NCBI GenBank assembly: GCA_000708835.1
Contig: DF237407.1
Span: forward strand, 13,414-77,413
Length of the DNA: 64,000 bases
Source: Klebsormidium nitens
Lineage: Eukaryota > Plantae > Klebsormidiophyceae
Direction of reading: 5' to 3'
In this document: piece after piece, positions 60,385 to 64,000 of the stretch
Position numbering within the stretch: position 1 is the first letter of the stretch
Layout: the number at the start of each line of letters is the position of its first letter
The notes under the pieces: model-generated
Databases searched by the model: none
What the model was told of the DNA's origin: nothing
Seen by the model: only the letters and a program-made list of their open reading frames with translations
Position numbers and translations under genes: made by a program

Positions 60385-60700
60385 AAAGTGAACCCGTTGT
60401 ACCGGGGAAACTCTTGCAGTTTGAAACGACGAACCGAGCGACTTTTCGAACCTTTGTGGCTGTCAACCGAGTGCCTTGTACGCACCCGGCCGAACCCGAA
60501 ACTTTCGGAACTTGACGCGTACACTGACGAGTACGCCGATCTGTGTGAGAACATACCCGTTTCACCGGGGAACCTCTTGCAATGTGAAACCGCGAACCGA
60601 GCACTTTTCAGACCCTGTTTGGCCGTTAGCTGGGCGATCTCGGCACACCCGGCCAGAACCCGGCCAGAAACTTGGAAAATTAACGCGAGTACGCCAACCC
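60385..60700 (+). repeat. Two about 160 bp tandem copies in the 5' leader of the LTR element
   Basis: acccgtt...accgggga.a.ctcttgca.t.tgaaac..cgaaccgagc.acttttc...cacccggcc.gaaccc at 60385-60530 and 60549-60700. Confidence 0.8.
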
Positions 60701-61256
60701 ACGCTGTCGACACGACTGTACGAACATAGCTGTTTTACAAATTACAGCAATAGCGAACCTGGCTCAGTAACTACACCGCACTTGAACCGTACTGTACGTG
60801 ATCCACGTTGTAGCTGGCCTGACGGGACGCATGACGGTGACACCCCAAGTCTGAGGAGTCGGAACCACTGCGCAACCGGGCGGCTCAACCCCAAGGGCGG
60901 GTTGGAGACACGGCGGCACTGCCGGTGCTTTACCGACGGCCCAGATTGGCTGTGTGGGCGACCGAAAAGACGTCCCCAGACACGGCAGCTCACGAAAGAA
61001 AGTGTACAGCCGGTGAGAAGAACCAGGAAGTGACCAAAGAGCCGAGCCTAGAAATCGACAGAAGCAGTGAACCAAGTCCGCAGAGTCGGCACGGGCGACT
61101 CGTCACTCGCCGACCCCAGAGCAGAGACTCAGCTAGAGGTCCGGGAGTCCGGCGACGTCGACGGCACGACGTGACTGCCCGGATTGGTGGACCGACTGAC
61201 GCACACTGCACGACTGCAGCACAGCATATACGGTACTTCCTGTACTTCGAGGAAAG

Positions 61257-62474
61257 ATGGACCTCACGAACCTGGTGAAGCCATATAGTGGCAAAACCGA
61301 GCCAAGAGAGTGGCTGCGAACCTTCGAAAAGGTGGCCCGAACCATGGGCTGGATCGACACTCAGCGCCTGCGCATGGCGTTTTTGTACCTAGAAGGCGAC
61401 GCGGACAAGTGGCTCCGCAGTCAACAAGATGTGTACAACTGGACTTGGAACGAGTTTTCGACCAAAATCGAGAACCACTTTACAAGCGTGATGGCCGACG
61501 GTGCATAATGCACGCCGCTTGTTCGCAACCCGCAAACAACAGCCGAACGAGAAGGTTCGCAAGTTTGCATGAGACCTCCAGTAATTGCGTCCAGACTACC
61601 TGAAACGATTCCAGACGACCACCTTTTGTACCGCTTTCTGGACGGACTCCAACCGAACATTACGGAACGTGTACATCTCGTCCGCCCAAGTACATGGGAG
61701 GAGGCGGTGAACGCGGCAGAATATTTCGAAGCTCTAGACGAGCAGCCAGCAGACGAACCGTCGGAGACGAAGTACGACGAAGCATTTCTCATAATGAACG
61801 TGGAAGAACAATTGGCCAACATCCGGCACGACCTTGCCTATGTGGAACAGCACTACGAAAACTTCAGCCGTGCAGCTCTTGGAGCAGTTTTGACCTCCGT
61901 TCGAGACAAGCTGAACGTGGTTCAAACAGCTACAATGCATGGACCTCAAAAGCACGAGAACGTGATTTTCACAGCCAATTTGATCGTGGACGACCAACCT
62001 CTAAGGGTGGAGGGAAAGAAGCGCACCCTCATTGAGATGTACGAAGGAGGGCAGACTCAGACGCCCAACGAACCCTGCGAACGTCCAGCAAAGACGACAG
62101 ACTCGCCAGAACAGAAGAACAACGCCAAGTGGAACCCGTACGCGACTGGCATCGACTACGAAGCATGCAGTCGCAAAGTGAAGAACAAGAACCCCTTTGC
62201 AGCCGAACCCATTCACGTAGGGAGTCTGGTGACCCCTATCTTTCACGAGCCCAAGTACAAAAGAGCACCCGTCTGCATTGTGAGACGATTCTCTGGCGAA
62301 CTCACCATCGAAGTAAAGACAGAACATGGGGAAGTGAAGGAGTACCGCATCAACGAAGTACGCCCATACAAACCTCACGCACGACCGCGCCGCAGAGTTT
62401 TTCGACCTTCTTCTTTGGCATCTTCGGAGGACCAAAGATCTGAGGGTGGAGGAGTCACAGCTGTGGCGCTCTAG
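61257..62474 (+). pseudogene. gag: Disrupted Ty3/gypsy gag fused to an integrase-tail-like segment
   Basis: Capsid motifs YSGKTEPREWLRTFE…W…LYLEGDADKW, then RKQQPNEKVRKFA*DLQ in a shifted frame (compensating +1/-1 shifts and a TGA), then LLYRFLDGLQPNITERV…PSTWEEAV. The C-terminus resembles the GPY/F integrase tail (PVCIVRRFSG…EYRINEVRPY) and ends SEDQRSEGGG at the PPT. Confidence 0.8.
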
Positions 62475-63214
62475 TTAGGAACACGTGTGCAAGTTTGGAC
62501 ATATAGCGTATAGTTTCTAGGAAGTTTCGTAGAATCCGTCAGACGTTTCTAGATCGCAACATGACGTCATTAGGCTTAGCTTCGCTTAAGCAAGTACTGT
62601 CGTGTACTATCTGCATGTTTGGTACGTAACCCTGCATACGCTATGAGTAGAGTGCAGACTGAAAATAGAGTAAAACGTGCGCATATGCTATGCGCCTACT
62701 AGGAGTATAAAAGGACGCAGCCCGGACCCTGCAGAACATTCATTGTCATTTCTAACATTCACGCTTCCGCAACAAAGCGCATTCGCAATGTAGCCCACTT
62801 CCGCAACAGCGCAAAGCAGTAGAATAGGCCCCTCGCAAAAAGTTTTAGTTTAGGACGGCTTTGTTGAGAGCCGTTCTTGGTAGTCACAATCTAATAGCTT
62901 CAGAATGTGCGAAGGCTGTATGCCGCATTTGCGGCTAGAGCGGGACATCAGCTTGGAAGTCATTGCCAGAACTATTCTCACTCATTCCATCGTGCGATGG
63001 GTCGAATCGATCGACGCACTGTTGGAGGGCAGTGTACTATTTGGAGGGCAGGCTGCTAAAAATCTAGATGTCGCCTCCCATTACGTGCGACTTTCCTGGC
63101 GGCCACTGTTTGCTTCCACTGACAGCCCAAATCTAAGGTGCATGATTGCCTCGACGAAGACATCGATGTATTTTTCAAAGGGCATCAATACAAGACTTCA
63201 ACGTGATACGTTAC

Positions 63215-64000
63215 TGTTGGATTGTGACGAGACAATCCGGACGCCAAACATTAGGGTTAGTAGATTAGGGTTTGAGGGTTAGAGTCGGAATTAGATCGAG
63301 TTAGACCCGAGTCTAGGTTGCGTGACTCGGAGTAAGGGGAGTACCCCAGATCTGGAAGTCTCTAGAAGTAGATCTGGGTAGGCCGGAAGTTAGGACAGAG
63401 ACCTGACTCGAACCTGCATCATAACAAGAGTGTGCCTTTGTGCAATTGAGAGTGAAGGGCGCCTCCCATGTGCTTTGTGTGAACCTCTGCATCCATGTGT
63501 GCTGTCTCTAGCTGATTTTCAACAGGTTATGGGCCCACCATTGCAAGGGTGAATCTGCTGTTGCGGGGTGAAGTCAGCACTGAGAGAGAAGCCGTGTGGT
63601 GTGGAGAGCATGTCCTGACAGAGCCTGGGTGAATTCTTGAAGCTTGAGGGAGTAGAGAATTCAGAAGGCAGCCATGGGGAGCTTAAAGATAACGATGGAG
63701 CCTCTCTCGGAGGGGAACTACCACTCCTGGTCGATCAAGATGAAGAGTTATCTGATCACCAAGAGTCTGTGGAAGGGGGTAACGGATCCTTCAGCAAACG
63801 CTGAGGAGTCAGAGCTGGCGTTGGCTCTGATCACGTTAAACGTGGCAGATCATCTGCTCGGGAGCCTGTCAGAGCTTGCAAACGTTGGGAAAGCGTGGAA
63901 GCAGCTGGAGAGTACTTTCAAGAGCAAGAGCGTGGCTCGGAAGTTGCAGCTAAAGAGGGAGCTGCAGACACTCAAGATGAAGGGAGAGGAGAGTGTCACT
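63215..64000 (+). mobile_element. 5' end of a Ty1/Copia LTR retrotransposon (continues beyond the window)
   Basis: LTR 63215-63524 (TGTTG...CAACA, 310 bp) immediately followed by the PBS GGTTATGGGCCCA (63525-63537), the half-tRNA iMet type known from Copia/Osser-like elements. Confidence 0.9.
63674..64000 (+). CDS. gag: Copia Gag N-terminus (open to the window end)
   Basis: MGSLKITMEPLSEGNYHSWSIKMKSYLITKSLWKGV…ALALITLNV…AWKQLESTFKSKSVARKLQLKRELQTLKMKGEESV, the Copia gag (UBN2-type) pattern; 109 codons with no stop. Confidence 0.9.
   Translation, partial: MGSLKITMEPLSEGNYHSWSIKMKSYLITKSLWKGVTDPSANAEESELALALITLNVADHLLGSLSELANVGKAWKQLESTFKSKSVARKLQLKRELQTLKMKGEESVT

Larger units (their letters stand above)
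59788..62888 (+). mobile_element. Non-autonomous Ty3/gypsy-type LTR retroelement (about 3.1 kb), gag-only (TR-GAG-like)
   Basis: Direct repeats 59788-~60213 and 62462-~62887 (about 425 bp, TG...CA, about 10 differences), TATA box gtataaaagg inside each LTR, polypurine tract 62442-62454, internal gag; no PR/RT/RH motifs and no room for pol. No perfect TSD; 3' boundary uncertain by 2-3 nt. Confidence 0.92.

Noticed and set aside
60236-61278. Several 100-185 aa ORFs in the LTR element leader
   Set aside because: Overlapping on both strands over a tandem repeat, with no retroelement protein motifs.

Overview
Eukaryotic, intron-rich nuclear DNA. By inference it comes from a streptophyte green alga of the Klebsormidium type (GT/GC-AG introns of 0.3-1.5 kb, an expansin, a TTTTAGGG-type interstitial repeat, a half-tRNA-primed Copia). 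Gene models were assembled by hand from splice sites and reading-frame phase. 1-17 kb: a head-to-head pair of cytosolic aminoacyl-tRNA synthetase genes, MetRS (minus strand, GST-like N-terminus, runs off the left edge) and PheRS alpha (17 exons, about 520 aa), with a MITE between them. 20-30 kb: a 5-exon expansin-family gene and a disrupted proline-rich cell-surface protein gene. 32-39 kb: a 4-exon gene of about 1595 aa joining a HEAT-repeat solenoid to a beta-rich C-terminal domain that may be aerolysin-like. 39-59.7 kb: decayed, intron-poor ORFs separated by CGCG-rich islands. 59.8-64 kb: a gag-only Ty3/gypsy-type LTR element and the 5' end of a Copia element. The most striking unexplained pattern is at least seven intronic 'echo' arrays: degenerate tandem copies (about 90-170 bp units) of the adjacent exon/intron boundary, many keeping their GT or AG, in four unrelated genes. 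No rRNA, tRNA or CRISPR array was recognised.
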